Assembly: GCA_964544055.1 (NCBI GenBank)
Contig: CAZJAA010000009.1
Coordinates: 5,459-69,458 of the forward strand
Length of the DNA stretch: 64,000 nt
From: an uncultured Lachnospiraceae bacterium
Lineage (GTDB): Bacteria; Bacillota; Clostridia; Lachnospirales; Lachnospiraceae
Direction of reading: 5' to 3'
Both the position numbers and the translations under genes were made by a program. Under the pieces are notes generated by a model. It saw only the letters and a list, made by a program, of their open reading frames with translations. It was not told the DNA's origin and made no database searches. Of the stretch, positions 19,033 through 29,214 are shown piece by piece; positions within the stretch are counted from its first letter, which is position 1; the number at the start of each line of letters is the position of its first letter.

Positions 19033-20409
19033 ATGAAACTTTGGGGCGGACGTTTTACCAAAGAAACCAACCAGCTTGTACATAACTTTAACGCATCCCT
19101 TTCCTTTGACCAGAAATTTTACAAGCAGGACATCAACGGAAGTATCGCTCATGTCACCATGCTTGCCAAACAGGGCATTTTAACAGAAGCCGAAAAAGAA
19201 ACCATTATTGCCGGATTAAATGGCATTGCTGCCGATATTGATGCCGGAACACTAAAATTCGATGAATCGCAGGAAGATATACACAGCTTTGTGGAAGCTG
19301 TCCTGATTGAACGTATTGGTACCGTAGGCAAAAAGCTGCATACTGGTCGCAGCCGCAACGATCAGGTTGCCCTGGATATGCGCCTTTATACAAGAGACGA
19401 AATTGATGAGCTAGACAAGCTTCTTTATGAGCTTTTAAAAACCATCTACCGCATCATGGAAGAAAATCTTACCACCTATATGCCAGGCTTTACGCATTTG
19501 CAGAAAGCACAGCCGGTTACGCTGGCACACCATTTTGGTGCATACTTTGAAATGTTTCTGCGCGACCGTGACCGTTTAAAGGACATCCGGAAGCGTATGA
19601 ATTACTGTCCGCTTGGTGCCGGTGCCCTTGCCGGAACCACCTATCCGTTAGACAGAAACTGCACCGCAGAATTACTTGGTTTTGATGGTCCAACCAGAAA
19701 CAGTATGGACTCTGTTTCCGATCGTGACTACCTGTTAGAAACCTTAAGTGCCCTTTCTATCTGCATGATGCACTTGAGCCGCTTTTGCGAAGAAATCATT
19801 CTTTGGAACTCCAATGAATACCGCTTTGTGGAAATTGATGACAGCTACTCCACCGGAAGCTCCATTATGCCGCAAAAGAAAAACCCGGACATTGCCGAGC
19901 TTGTTCGTGGTAAGTCCGGTCGCGTTTACGGTGCATTAACTAGCCTGCTCACTACTATGAAAGGAATTCCTCTTGCCTACAATAAAGACATGCAGGAAGA
20001 CAAGGAAATGAGCTTTGATGCCATTGACACAGTAAAAGGCTGCCTTGCACTGTTTACCGGCATGATTTCCACCATGAAGTTTAATACAAAAACAATGGAA
20101 GAAAGTGCCAAAAACGGCTTTACCAATGCTACCGATGCTGCCGATTATCTGGTAAATCACGGAGTTCCGTTCCGCGATGCCCACGGTATTATCGGTCAGC
20201 TTGTACTGCTTTGCATTGAAAAAGAAATTTCACTGGATGAGCTTCCTCTGGAAGATTATAAAAAGGTTTCTCCGGTCTTTGAAGAAGATATTTATGAAGC
20301 CATCCGTATGCAGACCTGTGTGGAACGCAGAAATACCATTGGTGCACCGGGACTTAGCGCAATGCAGGAGGTACTGGCTGTATACAAAGCCTATCTAAAC
20401 CAGCAGTAA
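19033..20409 (+). CDS. argH: Argininosuccinate lyase
   Basis: Motifs are MKLWGGRFTKETN, HTGRSRNDQVALDMRLY and the fumarate-lyase signature GSSIMPQKKNPD. The protein is 458 aa. Confidence 0.95.
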   Translation: MKLWGGRFTKETNQLVHNFNASLSFDQKFYKQDINGSIAHVTMLAKQGILTEAEKETIIAGLNGIAADIDAGTLKFDESQEDIHSFVEAVLIERIGTVGKKLHTGRSRNDQVALDMRLYTRDEIDELDKLLYELLKTIYRIMEENLTTYMPGFTHLQKAQPVTLAHHFGAYFEMFLRDRDRLKDIRKRMNYCPLGAGALAGTTYPLDRNCTAELLGFDGPTRNSMDSVSDRDYLLETLSALSICMMHLSRFCEEIILWNSNEYRFVEIDDSYSTGSSIMPQKKNPDIAELVRGKSGRVYGALTSLLTTMKGIPLAYNKDMQEDKEMSFDAIDTVKGCLALFTGMISTMKFNTKTMEESAKNGFTNATDAADYLVNHGVPFRDAHGIIGQLVLLCIEKEISLDELPLEDYKKVSPVFEEDIYEAIRMQTCVERRNTIGAPGLSAMQEVLAVYKAYLNQQ

Positions 20410-20528
20410 ACCGTTCTGCCTGATGTGAAACTGTTCTGTAACACCTTCGTGTGTCTTTTCGTGCAAGTGTGTATCCAAAGCGAAGCGTTTTTCTGTAATA
20501 GAAAATCGCAATTTCCTATTACAAAAGC

Positions 20529-20577
20529 AATAAGCGATACCCGGCCAGCAACACCGGATATCGCTTATTTCATTTTC
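20529..20577 (+). terminator. Rho-independent terminator downstream of argH
   Basis: The stem AATAAGCGATA (20529-39) pairs with TATCGCTTATT (20559-69), with an inner CCGG/CCGG pair, followed by TTCATTTT. It lies between convergent genes. Confidence 0.6.
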
Positions 20578-20666
20578 TGGGAAAGACTATGTTATTTGCA
20601 TCTTGCAAAGCAAAGGCTAATCACAGAACAATACTTTCTTGGCGTGAAAAACCTTTTTCTCTGCCG

Positions 20667-21767
20667 TCATACCTTACGCATCAGCTTTTTAGCGACGCAG
20701 GCAGATTTATCCACAAAACGGACATCTGTACCAAAACGGATTTCAATACGTTTTACATCAGAATTGTCAAAAACAACTCCCTTACCAAAATATTCATGAT
20801 ATACAAGGTCACCCGGACTTAAATTTTCAATTTCTTCCCGCAGAAGTTCTTTTTCTTTCAGGCTTTCCGAAAGTTGCTTTAATTCATCCTCTTTTTTCTT
20901 TTCCTCACTTGGATCATAAAAGCGTGACTTTTCCATGATTTCCTCATTCATCATGCGTGCATGCTCTTTGCGTGCTAAAATAGCCGCATCCGATTCATAG
21001 CCCTTGGTCTGTTTACGCAAAGTAGTTTCTCTGGTTTCTTCCGCTACCTCTGGTTTACGGTTCATGACATGGATTGGATTTCCGTCGGAAGCTTCCGAAC
21101 CTTTCTTAATCTGGATATTCTTCAGATTATCAATTTTCTCGGATGTTTCTGTTTTGGCAGCTTCCCGCTTTTTTAACATAATCACAAAGTAAACTACAGC
21201 TGCTGCCAGAAGGAGGAGTACCACCAGGCCAATTCCCTTTGCGATGGAAAAGCTGCCTTTTTCCACCGGCTCAGGTGCCGAGGTTGGCATTGCAATCGGC
21301 GTTGGCGTTGGTTCCGGCGTTGGCGTTGGCTCTGGCGTCGGTGTTGGTTCCGGTGTCGGTGTTGCAATCGGTGTTGGCGTTGCCAGAGGCATAGCACGCT
21401 CCTCGGAAATATCCACATAAATTCCGCGAACATAACCATGATATTCCACACCATCTTCCATCCAACGTACTTCATACCAGTCATAGCCGCTTGTGGATTG
21501 ACCAACGGCAAATACTGCCACTTTATCTCCGCTATGCAGCACAACCAGCTTTCCGTTTACCTTCACCTGATCATAACCGCCGCCAAAACCGGTACGCACG
21601 TTTAGTTCTGAAACATTTACTACACCGATTTTAGGTTCAGCCATTGCTGTTTCATCGGTTATCTGATAGGTTGGCTCTGTTTCAGCATACACCTTCATCC
21701 ATGGAGCTGCTGTTAACAAACATACGCCCATTCCTAACGCTGCAAGCCACTTACGTATCTTTCCCAT
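20667..21767 (-). CDS. Bitopic membrane protein: signal peptide, SH3b domain, Pro/Thr linker, TM helix, charged coil and a C-terminal Tudor-like (PcrA/UvrD-CTD / DUF3553-like) domain
   Basis: The SH3b-like region reads [23 protein letters not shown]...YDWYEVRW...GYVRGIYV. The TM helix is [19 protein letters not shown]. The C-terminus [35 protein letters not shown] fits the GDxVxHxxFGxGxV pattern. Confidence 0.6.
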   Translation of the reverse strand: MGKIRKWLAALGMGVCLLTAAPWMKVYAETEPTYQITDETAMAEPKIGVVNVSELNVRTGFGGGYDQVKVNGKLVVLHSGDKVAVFAVGQSTSGYDWYEVRWMEDGVEYHGYVRGIYVDISEERAMPLATPTPIATPTPEPTPTPEPTPTPEPTPTPIAMPTSAPEPVEKGSFSIAKGIGLVVLLLLAAAVVYFVIMLKKREAAKTETSEKIDNLKNIQIKKGSEASDGNPIHVMNRKPEVAEETRETTLRKQTKGYESDAAILARKEHARMMNEEIMEKSRFYDPSEEKKKEDELKQLSESLKEKELLREEIENLSPGDLVYHEYFGKGVVFDNSDVKRIEIRFGTDVRFVDKSACVAKKLMRKV

Positions 21768-21784
21768 ACACCTGTTCCTCCTTT

Positions 21785-23089
21785 TTATTTCTGCTGACCA
21801 AGCAGATATGTAATAAACTGCTGTGCGGTTCTGCCTGATTTTCCACCATGGGAAATTTCCCAGGCATTTGCTTTCAGCAGCAATTCTTCCTCCGTTAAAC
21901 CAATTTCCGGATGTTTTCCGGCAAGTCCTTTTATAATTTCAAAGAACTCCTTCTGATTTGGTGACATAAAACCAATGCTGATACCAAATCTTGCCACTAA
22001 AGACAGCTTTTCCTGCATGGTATCCGAACGATGCAGCTCATCCTTGGAAACATCCGAACGATCCGACCACGTTTCGCGGATTAAATGTCTGCGGTTGGAT
22101 GTTGCATAAATCAGAACATTATCCGGTTTAATTTCCAGCCCGCCCTCAATTACTGCCTTTAAATACTTATACTCAATTTCAAACTCCTCGAAGGATAAAT
22201 CATCCATGTAAATGATAAACTTATAATTGCGGTTTTTGATACTGGAAATAAGACCTGCCAGCTCTGAAAACTGATGCTTATAAATTTCTATCATTCGAAG
22301 ACCATCTTTATAATATTCATTTAAAATTGCTTTTATGCTTGTTGACTTTCCGGTACCGGCATCGCCATACAGCAGCACATTATTTGCCTTTTTTCCTTCT
22401 ACGAATGCCCTCGTATTATCTACCAGCTTCTGTTTCTGGGATTCGTAACCAATCAGGTCATCCAAAGAAACCTCTTCCGTATTGGTAATCGGAACCAGCA
22501 CCTGCCTGCCATTCAGCTCCTGCAATCGAAAGGCTTTATTCAAGCCGAACTGCCCTACTCCATAATCCTTATAAAAAGCAGTTACCACATTAAAAATTTC
22601 TTCTTTGTCTGCCGCATTTGCAATCTGTCTGCTTAATACTTTTACTTTGTCACTGACACTTTTGTTGTAATATTTTTCTGCTTTTTCCACCGAATGATAA
22701 CTGGTAATCACAGAAAAGCAGTCAATTTCCAGTTCTTTTTCCAAGGGTGAAAAATCATAATGGAACAGCTGACGGAAAATTTCAAAATCTGCTTTTGCAA
22801 AGGTGTTTACACTGCCTTCTGCTGCTCCTTTTTTCTCGCATACCAGCCCAAACGGAGTTTCTGTCATGGCTAACAAATATGCCAGATAATTCTGCCAGAG
22901 ATTACCATCAAAGCCGTACCTGGTTGCCACATCCAGAATACGGTTTACCTGTTCGTAAAGACGGTTTATAACATCTTCTTTCTCTGCTTTCTGTTTCTGC
23001 CACTGTTCAATAACCTCCGCAAGCTGAAACAGTATGCTGTCTTTTTCTATCGTGCGATAAATTACCAGTTTTGATAAATAACGATACAT
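21785..23089 (-). CDS. AAA-type ATPase of the DUF815 family
   Basis: Walker A is [12 protein letters not shown] and Walker B is [12 protein letters not shown], followed by ATSNRRHL. I moved the start to ATG 23089, which follows GAGGAAGAACC. It lies 22 nt after the stop of the upstream ATPase gene. Confidence 0.65.
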   Translation of the reverse strand: MYRYLSKLVIYRTIEKDSILFQLAEVIEQWQKQKAEKEDVINRLYEQVNRILDVATRYGFDGNLWQNYLAYLLAMTETPFGLVCEKKGAAEGSVNTFAKADFEIFRQLFHYDFSPLEKELEIDCFSVITSYHSVEKAEKYYNKSVSDKVKVLSRQIANAADKEEIFNVVTAFYKDYGVGQFGLNKAFRLQELNGRQVLVPITNTEEVSLDDLIGYESQKQKLVDNTRAFVEGKKANNVLLYGDAGTGKSTSIKAILNEYYKDGLRMIEIYKHQFSELAGLISSIKNRNYKFIIYMDDLSFEEFEIEYKYLKAVIEGGLEIKPDNVLIYATSNRRHLIRETWSDRSDVSKDELHRSDTMQEKLSLVARFGISIGFMSPNQKEFFEIIKGLAGKHPEIGLTEEELLLKANAWEISHGGKSGRTAQQFITYLLGQQK

Positions 23090-23111
23090 GGTTCTTCCTC
23101 TTTTCCTGTCA

Positions 23112-24494
23112 TTACAAATCTTCCAAGCCAACCAGCACTACCCGGCACCCGTTCTGACCACTGTCAGCTGTTTTCTGTCGCAGTTCCTCTGTAAATCCGG
23201 CTCTGGAAAAAAGATACAGCTCCTGTGGATTTAACATAGCCATTGCAAGCAGCTCCTTATACCCTGAAAAATCCTTTACCGACATTTTACGACTGTCAAA
23301 ACGGCAGAAGCCGGCTAATGCTTCTTTTTTTGAATTTCCGGCTGCAATATCAATTTTCCCTGCTTTTCCGTACCACGCTCCCCAGGTTTCGTAAGAGCCT
23401 TTCAGCTTTCCATACTGTGCCATCAGGCGTAGATACTCCCCGCATACCTCTGCAAAGCATTCCTGCATATATACAAGAAAATCTCCGGAAACTTCCGTTT
23501 CGTATACGTTTTCTCCTTTTCCGCCCAAAATGTCAGAAAGGTTCGGAAATACATAACGATACCAGAAACGAAGATAGTTATCCTTAATGCGGTACAGCCC
23601 CTTTTGTACATTTCCATGTACCAAACCGGCACATTCCGAAGCATCAAAGGAAAATACCTTTTCCACTACATCCAGTTCAATCAGATTTTTTATATAAACA
23701 CTAATTTTAGCACGGGAAAATCCGGTTCTTATATAAATGTCATTTAATTTATTTCTGCCGGATGCCAAAGAGGCTAAAATAGCACTATAGGCCCCAAGCT
23801 CCCGCAGCTCTTTCTTTAAAAAGGCTTCTGCCTCAAACAAAAGCGGTGCATCTTTTTTCAAAAACAAACGGAGAATGTTTTCTTTTACGCTGCTTTTTTC
23901 ATTCCAGTAATTTAAGTACTCCGGCACACCTCCAAGAATTGCATTGGCATAAATCGTTTTTTCCACCGACATATCTGGAAAACGTTTTACCAGCTCCAGA
24001 AACGAAAACTCTTTCAGCTTAATTGTACCATAAATTGCCCTTGCTGCTGTTTTCAAATCCTCCACCATGGAATTTTCCACCCAGTTCACAGAGGAACTCA
24101 GCAGCAGAAACATGCACTTTTCCTCTCTTAAAAGCTTTAAAAATGCTGTGCAGAAGTTTTCGGAGGTTTTTAAAAGAAAGTGAAACTCATCAATAATAAG
24201 CAGCGTCTTTCCTATTTTTCCGCCTTTGTTTTTCACAACCTGACTAAGGCACTCGGCAAAATCCGGTACGACTTCACCTGCTTCCATGCCGGCATCCCGG
24301 GCAATGCAAAAGCACTGTTCTCGCTCAGATACTTCCCTTGCAGCATAATAAAATACCGATTTACCTTTGGCAAAAAGAGCAGCCAGTTCTGTTTTTCCAA
24401 TTCCATGCCGGCCATATAAAACAACTGCCGAGCTTTGTTCCAGACGATAAGCATCTTCTAATTGTTTTAACTCCTGTGCACGTCCAACAAACAT
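23112..24494 (-). CDS. ATP-binding protein of the archaeal-ATPase type (PF01637-like) with a DUF234-like C-terminus
   Basis: It has [15 protein letters not shown], Walker [14 protein letters not shown] and Walker [11 protein letters not shown]. The C-terminal KIDIAAGN...LAGFCRF resembles the DUF234 iDivA...ECKW block but with substitutions. Confidence 0.6.
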   Translation of the reverse strand: MFVGRAQELKQLEDAYRLEQSSAVVLYGRHGIGKTELAALFAKGKSVFYYAAREVSEREQCFCIARDAGMEAGEVVPDFAECLSQVVKNKGGKIGKTLLIIDEFHFLLKTSENFCTAFLKLLREEKCMFLLLSSSVNWVENSMVEDLKTAARAIYGTIKLKEFSFLELVKRFPDMSVEKTIYANAILGGVPEYLNYWNEKSSVKENILRLFLKKDAPLLFEAEAFLKKELRELGAYSAILASLASGRNKLNDIYIRTGFSRAKISVYIKNLIELDVVEKVFSFDASECAGLVHGNVQKGLYRIKDNYLRFWYRYVFPNLSDILGGKGENVYETEVSGDFLVYMQECFAEVCGEYLRLMAQYGKLKGSYETWGAWYGKAGKIDIAAGNSKKEALAGFCRFDSRKMSVKDFSGYKELLAMAMLNPQELYLFSRAGFTEELRQKTADSGQNGCRVVLVGLEDL

Positions 24495-24512
24495 TTGCTC
24501 CTCCTACCAATT

Positions 24513-26300
24513 TTACATACGTTCCGGTGCTTCAAAGCCAAGCAGATCAATGCAGGTTTCCAGTAAATGCAGCACTAGCGTAATCAGTGCAATCCATTCT
24601 CCCTGCTTTTGCGCATCTTTTTCGCCCATAATCCGGTTGCCATGATAAAAGCTGTTAAATGCATTTGCCAGTTCGTAAATATACTGACAAAGCTTGTGCG
24701 GTGCCAGCTCCTCATAGGTTTTAGCCACGACATCATTAAACCTTGCCGCAGTTAGCATGAGGTTGATTTCTTCTTCCCCATAGGCTCTTGTTTCTGCCTC
24801 GCCGCCATAAGGATGGGCGATCTTTTTCTCCGGCGTACCTTTTGTTTCTGCATATTTTTCCAGAATTGACTTAATACGCACCATCGTATAAAGAATATAT
24901 GGACCGGTATTTCCTTCAAAGGAAGTAAAACGGTCAATATCAAATATATAATCCTTCGCAATCTGGTTTGATAAATCCGCATATTTCAAGGCTGCCAGAC
25001 CTACCGTTTTTGCAATAGCACGGGCTTCTTCCTCCGGCATTTCACGACCGGACATTACTTTTTTATACACTTCTTCGTTGACATTAGAAATTAACGTTTC
25101 CAGACGCATGACACCGCCGTCACGGGTTTTGAACGGCTTGCCGTCCTTTCCATTTACCGTACCAAAGCCAAGGAACAGCAGCTCCTTCTCTTGTGAAACC
25201 AGACCACATTTTTTTGCTGCACGGAACACCTGAATGAAGTGTAACTCCTGACGCTTATCTACCACATATGCGATACAGTCCGGATGATACTCTTCCTCCC
25301 GCTGGATAATGGTTGCGAGGTCGGTTGTTTCGTAAAGGGAGGCACCATCTGATTTTCTTACGATACATGGCGGAAGCTCCTTGGTATCGGTTTCTTCTGC
25401 AATATCCACTACCAGAGCACCCATGCTCTCTCTTGCATAACCCTGCTCTACCATGTTATTTATCATATCCGGAATAAACTTCTGCGCATCACTTTCTCCC
25501 AGCCATAAATCAAAGGATACGTTAAGGTTATCGTAATTTTTCTTTAAATCGGCAGCAGAAACAGCTAAAATATGCTTCCACAGTGCAATATATGGCGCAT
25601 AGCCCTCCTGCAGCTTTGCAGTTGCGGTCTGTGCACGCTCTTTAAACACAGCATCCACCTTGGACTTTCCACTGGCACATGGATAAATTTCCTCCAGTTC
25701 ACTGATGGTAAACGGTGCTTCTTCCGGATATTCTCCGGTATAGGCTTCATTAAAATAGCAAAGCTCCGGTTTGCGTTCTCTCAATTCCTCGATGACAAGT
25801 CCCATCGGCAGGCCCCAATCACCAAGATGCACATCACCAATGACTTCATTGCCGGCATATTTACAGATTCTCTTGACGCTTTCTCCGATGACTGCCGGAC
25901 GCAGATGACCGATGTGCAATGGCTTAGCCACGTTTGCACCGCCATAATCTAACACAACCCTTTTTCCTTTTGCCTGTTCCTCATAACCAAATTTTTCTGC
26001 AGAAATCATGTCCTGTAAATAAAGCGTCAGGTAATATGGACATACTTTCATATTGATAAAGCCGGGAGCAATTGCCGTTACTTCTGCAAACAGCTTTTTG
26101 TCAAGTGCTGCCACAACCTCCTGAGCAATCAGAATTGGTGCCTTTTTATATTCCTTTGCCGCAGCCATGGCACCGTTACACTGGTACTGGCATAAATCCG
26201 GACGATTGGACACGGTTGCCTGTCCATATTTTTCGTCATATCCACAGGCTGCAAATGCCTGTTTTAACTCTTCACCAATGATGTCTATCAACGTTTTCAT
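24513..26300 (-). CDS. argS: Arginine--tRNA ligase
   Basis: The class I HIGH-type motif reads VAKPLHIGHLRPAVIGE. The 595-aa protein also has an anticodon-binding C-terminus (DALR-like, LCQYIYELANAFNSFY). Confidence 0.9.
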   Translation of the reverse strand: MKTLIDIIGEELKQAFAACGYDEKYGQATVSNRPDLCQYQCNGAMAAAKEYKKAPILIAQEVVAALDKKLFAEVTAIAPGFINMKVCPYYLTLYLQDMISAEKFGYEEQAKGKRVVLDYGGANVAKPLHIGHLRPAVIGESVKRICKYAGNEVIGDVHLGDWGLPMGLVIEELRERKPELCYFNEAYTGEYPEEAPFTISELEEIYPCASGKSKVDAVFKERAQTATAKLQEGYAPYIALWKHILAVSAADLKKNYDNLNVSFDLWLGESDAQKFIPDMINNMVEQGYARESMGALVVDIAEETDTKELPPCIVRKSDGASLYETTDLATIIQREEEYHPDCIAYVVDKRQELHFIQVFRAAKKCGLVSQEKELLFLGFGTVNGKDGKPFKTRDGGVMRLETLISNVNEEVYKKVMSGREMPEEEARAIAKTVGLAALKYADLSNQIAKDYIFDIDRFTSFEGNTGPYILYTMVRIKSILEKYAETKGTPEKKIAHPYGGEAETRAYGEEEINLMLTAARFNDVVAKTYEELAPHKLCQYIYELANAFNSFYHGNRIMGEKDAQKQGEWIALITLVLHLLETCIDLLGFEAPERM

Positions 26301-26326
26301 GACATCCCTCCATTTTTTCTTTTAAT

Positions 26327-26366
26327 GTACTCTCGGAATTTTCTGAATAAAGCATTTCGAGAGTAC
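26327..26366 (-). promoter_or_regulatory. 13-bp-stem hairpin in the argS 5' UTR, one of two homologous copies in this window
   Basis: Minus strand reads GTACTCTCGAAAT-GCTTTATTCAGAAA-ATTCCGAGAGTAC, then ATTAAAAGAAAAAAT-GGAGGG-ATGTC-ATG. It is about 88% identical to 62851-62890. Confidence 0.5.
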
Positions 26367-26535
26367 TTCTTAAATGTTATATCTTGTTTTAATCAATACA
26401 CATTCTATGTTATCATACTAGTGTAGAAAAAACAATAAAAATTTATTCTTAACTTTCCCTCGTTTTAACTTTTCCTGTGCAGGATGTATATCCTTCCGTG
26501 TGCCTTTTTGGCAAAACACTTGCTCCTGCAAATTG

Positions 26536-26577
26536 AAAAAAGTGCTCTGAAAAGTTTGTTTTCTCAGAGCACTTTTT
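26536..26577 (-). terminator. Rho-independent (bidirectional-looking) terminator after the PspC-like gene
   Basis: The stem GTGCTCTGA (26542-50) pairs with TCAGAGCAC (26564-72). It is flanked by an A6 run on one side and a T5 run on the other. Confidence 0.7.
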
Positions 26578-26629
26578 ACCGACTTTTTCATTGAAACCTA
26601 GGGGAAATCTACCTGTGATTCCGGATAAA

Positions 26630-26809
26630 TTAGTTTTCCGGCATAATCACTGCAGCAATAATGTAGCAGAGAACACCAGCACCGCCTGCAAGGCTGAACA
26701 GAACCCATAATAAACGAATTAAAGTAGGATCCAAATTAAAATACTCGGCAATACCGCCGCATACACCACAAAGCTTCTTTTCTGTCTGGGATTTGTGCAA
26801 CTTTTTCAT
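26630..26809 (-). CDS. PspC-domain small membrane protein (59 aa, below the ORF-track cutoff)
   Basis: My own translation reads MKKLHKSQTEKKLCGVCGGIAEYFNLDPTLIRLLWVLFSLAGGAGVLCYIIAAVIMPEN. It matches the PspC pattern GVCgGiAeYf..dp.liRl. A GGAGGA RBS lies upstream and a terminator downstream. Confidence 0.7.
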   Translation of the reverse strand: MKKLHKSQTEKKLCGVCGGIAEYFNLDPTLIRLLWVLFSLAGGAGVLCYIIAAVIMPEN

Positions 26810-26940
26810 ACTCTTTATCCTCCTCTGTCTGTAGGTATCTAAAATTATTTCGACTTTTTCTGTCTAACAACAGTTTACCTTGTTTTTCTTTAAAATGCAA
26901 CCATTCCCATCAATTTTTAATCTACTTCTAACCTTTCCTG

Positions 26941-27954
26941 CTATTTGCTTGTAATCCGGTTTACATTTTTTATCAGAACTGAAATTGTTCCATCCTCATT
27001 TGTAATAAATTCCACATGCTGCTTATTGTTGTATTCTTCCATCGGAATGTTAATTTCAATGCCGGAATCCGTTGTCAAAAACTGCTTTTCAAATTTTTTT
27101 GTTGTTTTTTCATTTTTTACTTTGATTTCTTCCTTAGGAAGCTTATATTTTTCGAGTTTTTCCACAAACTCCTCTTTGATTTCCGGAACCTCGCCAAACA
27201 GTTCTTCTCCGATTTCCTCCGGAACCAGACTTCCCTGCTCTGCATAAGTATTGTAAATCACGCTTTTTGCTTCCATTTTCTTTTCAAAATCATCTTCAAA
27301 ATACTTTTTGTTAATCTGGTCAACTGCCCTGGTTACAAGGTCCAGCTTCGTTTTCTGAGACATTTTTGCGTGGCACATAAGATAAACTTCCGAAAGATAG
27401 TTTGTTTTCACCCCATTGATTTCTACTCTTTTTTCTATCAGCTGCACCGTATTTTCCTCAAGAGAAATCATAACCGCTTCCGACAGTTTTCCTCCGCCGC
27501 CCGGCAGGGCACAGCACTGCTTCATTACGTCATTTACATTGCCGTCTGCCTCATTTAAAGAAGTAAAATGCATGTAAACTTCTTTATAATTCATTTTAAG
27601 AAATGCCAGATGCTGTGCAGATTCCAGCTGGTACGTCACAAAAAACACGTCTGCCGGAGGAATTGCCACATTAGCATTCATAATACCGTATAATAAATCC
27701 GCCAGCTTTTTCGTAGTTTCGATCATTTTATCTTCCGAAAATTCCTGCAACAGATGATATACTTCCGACTTTTCTTCATCAAACACACAGGTTTTTAAAT
27801 CATCCCCGGAAATTACTTTATAAATATGGTTTCGTAAAAAATCATTCATATCCGGTGTCAGGTTCAAAAGCTCATCTGACAAAACCGGCATACCAACGGT
27901 AGAATCCAGAATGTGCATAATAGCACTCCGGATAATAATGTCGTCCTTTTCCAT
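26941..27954 (-). CDS. Nucleoid-associated protein of the NdpA/YejK (37-kDa) family
   Basis: The N-terminus IIRSAIMHILDSTVGMPVLSDELLNL and the overall 337-aa acidic protein resemble the clostridial NdpA-like family. The assignment rests on motif memory only. Confidence 0.55.
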   Translation of the reverse strand: MEKDDIIIRSAIMHILDSTVGMPVLSDELLNLTPDMNDFLRNHIYKVISGDDLKTCVFDEEKSEVYHLLQEFSEDKMIETTKKLADLLYGIMNANVAIPPADVFFVTYQLESAQHLAFLKMNYKEVYMHFTSLNEADGNVNDVMKQCCALPGGGGKLSEAVMISLEENTVQLIEKRVEINGVKTNYLSEVYLMCHAKMSQKTKLDLVTRAVDQINKKYFEDDFEKKMEAKSVIYNTYAEQGSLVPEEIGEELFGEVPEIKEEFVEKLEKYKLPKEEIKVKNEKTTKKFEKQFLTTDSGIEINIPMEEYNNKQHVEFITNEDGTISVLIKNVNRITSK

Positions 27955-27965
27955 TTATAGTTTCC

Positions 27966-29180
27966 TTACTTTCTTTTGTTTTTCTGACTATTTTTATGGG
28001 TACTTTGCATCGGTCTTTCCGTCACGTTTTCTGTTTCAGGCGCATATCCCTTTTTCCGATTTCTGGCAGCAACATTTTCCCTCAGCAAAGCATACACCGT
28101 AGACATCACAGGAATAAAGACAAGCATACCAACTACACCAAACATGCTTCCGCCGACTGATACTGCCATAAGTACCCAAATAGGCGGCAGACCAACCGAA
28201 TTTCCAACTACTTTTGGATAAATCAGATTGCCTTCCAGCTGCTGCAGCACAAAAAACATAATCACGAAAACAAGGGCTTTGACCGGGCTCACCATCAGTA
28301 TTAAAAAAGCTCCGACAATACAGCCGATAAAGGCACCAACAATTGGAATTAATGCAGTAAAGGCAATCAGTACGCCAACCAACACCGCATACGGCATTCT
28401 GAGAATCGTCATACAGATGACAAACATTATTCCAAGAATTACCGCTTCCAGGCATTGTCCGGATATAAATTTTGCAAAGTTATTATTGCAAAGACCGAGC
28501 ACTTTTAATGTTATATAGTACGCACGTTCCGGCAGATAAGCATACATCAGCTTTTTTACCTGCTTTCCCAGCTTTTCTTTTCCGGAAAGAATATAAATTG
28601 CAAATACAAAAGAAATCACTCCGTCAAATACTAGTCCTGCAACACTTCCGGCAAACCCGACCGTGGAAGTCAGAATGCTTCCCAGACCATTTTTCAAAAA
28701 TTCCGTTGCATAAGAAATCACCGAGCCCCAATCAATGCTGACAGATTCCAGTGCTTCGAGTGCTTCCCTCCATTCCGGATACTGCACCGACAGTTCTTCC
28801 AAAGCATTCAGAAGCTTTTTGAAAAATGCCGGTATTACATTTTTGAGTTCCATAAATGTTCTTGTCAGCTGCGGCACAACCGTCAGTACAACAAAAGCAA
28901 GCACGGCGGTTACAAACAAAACAGCAAGCACAATACTTAATGCACGTTTTACACCAGCGGATTTTTTTCCCTTCCATTTTGCAAACAATTTATTTTCAAT
29001 AAACCGCATGGGAAGATTTAATACAAATGCCATGGCTGCTCCGGCAAAAAAAGGAGACAGCATCCCAAGAAAAAGACTCAGCACCAGAAACAGCTCTCTG
29101 CTATACATTACACCCAGAATGACCGCACCGGTAAATAAAACCAACTTGCAAATCATATGAAATAATTTTTTCTCATCCAT
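27966..29180 (-). CDS. AI-2E family transporter (PerM/UPF0118)
   Basis: It is a polytopic membrane protein with the family block ALIPIVGAFIGCIVGAFLIL...FFVLQQLEGNLIYPKVVGNSVGLPPIWVL. Confidence 0.8.
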   Translation of the reverse strand: MDEKKLFHMICKLVLFTGAVILGVMYSRELFLVLSLFLGMLSPFFAGAAMAFVLNLPMRFIENKLFAKWKGKKSAGVKRALSIVLAVLFVTAVLAFVVLTVVPQLTRTFMELKNVIPAFFKKLLNALEELSVQYPEWREALEALESVSIDWGSVISYATEFLKNGLGSILTSTVGFAGSVAGLVFDGVISFVFAIYILSGKEKLGKQVKKLMYAYLPERAYYITLKVLGLCNNNFAKFISGQCLEAVILGIMFVICMTILRMPYAVLVGVLIAFTALIPIVGAFIGCIVGAFLILMVSPVKALVFVIMFFVLQQLEGNLIYPKVVGNSVGLPPIWVLMAVSVGGSMFGVVGMLVFIPVMSTVYALLRENVAARNRKKGYAPETENVTERPMQSTHKNSQKNKRK

Positions 29181-29214
29181 ACCTTTCCTCTTTCATCAAT
29201 AATAATTGCTGTTT

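Noticed and set aside
26301-26535. Expected Arg-specific T-box riboswitch upstream of argS
   Set aside because: I scanned the minus strand by eye and found no TGGTA-type T-box core, no long Stem I and no terminator/antiterminator pair. Only the 13-bp hairpin reported above is present.
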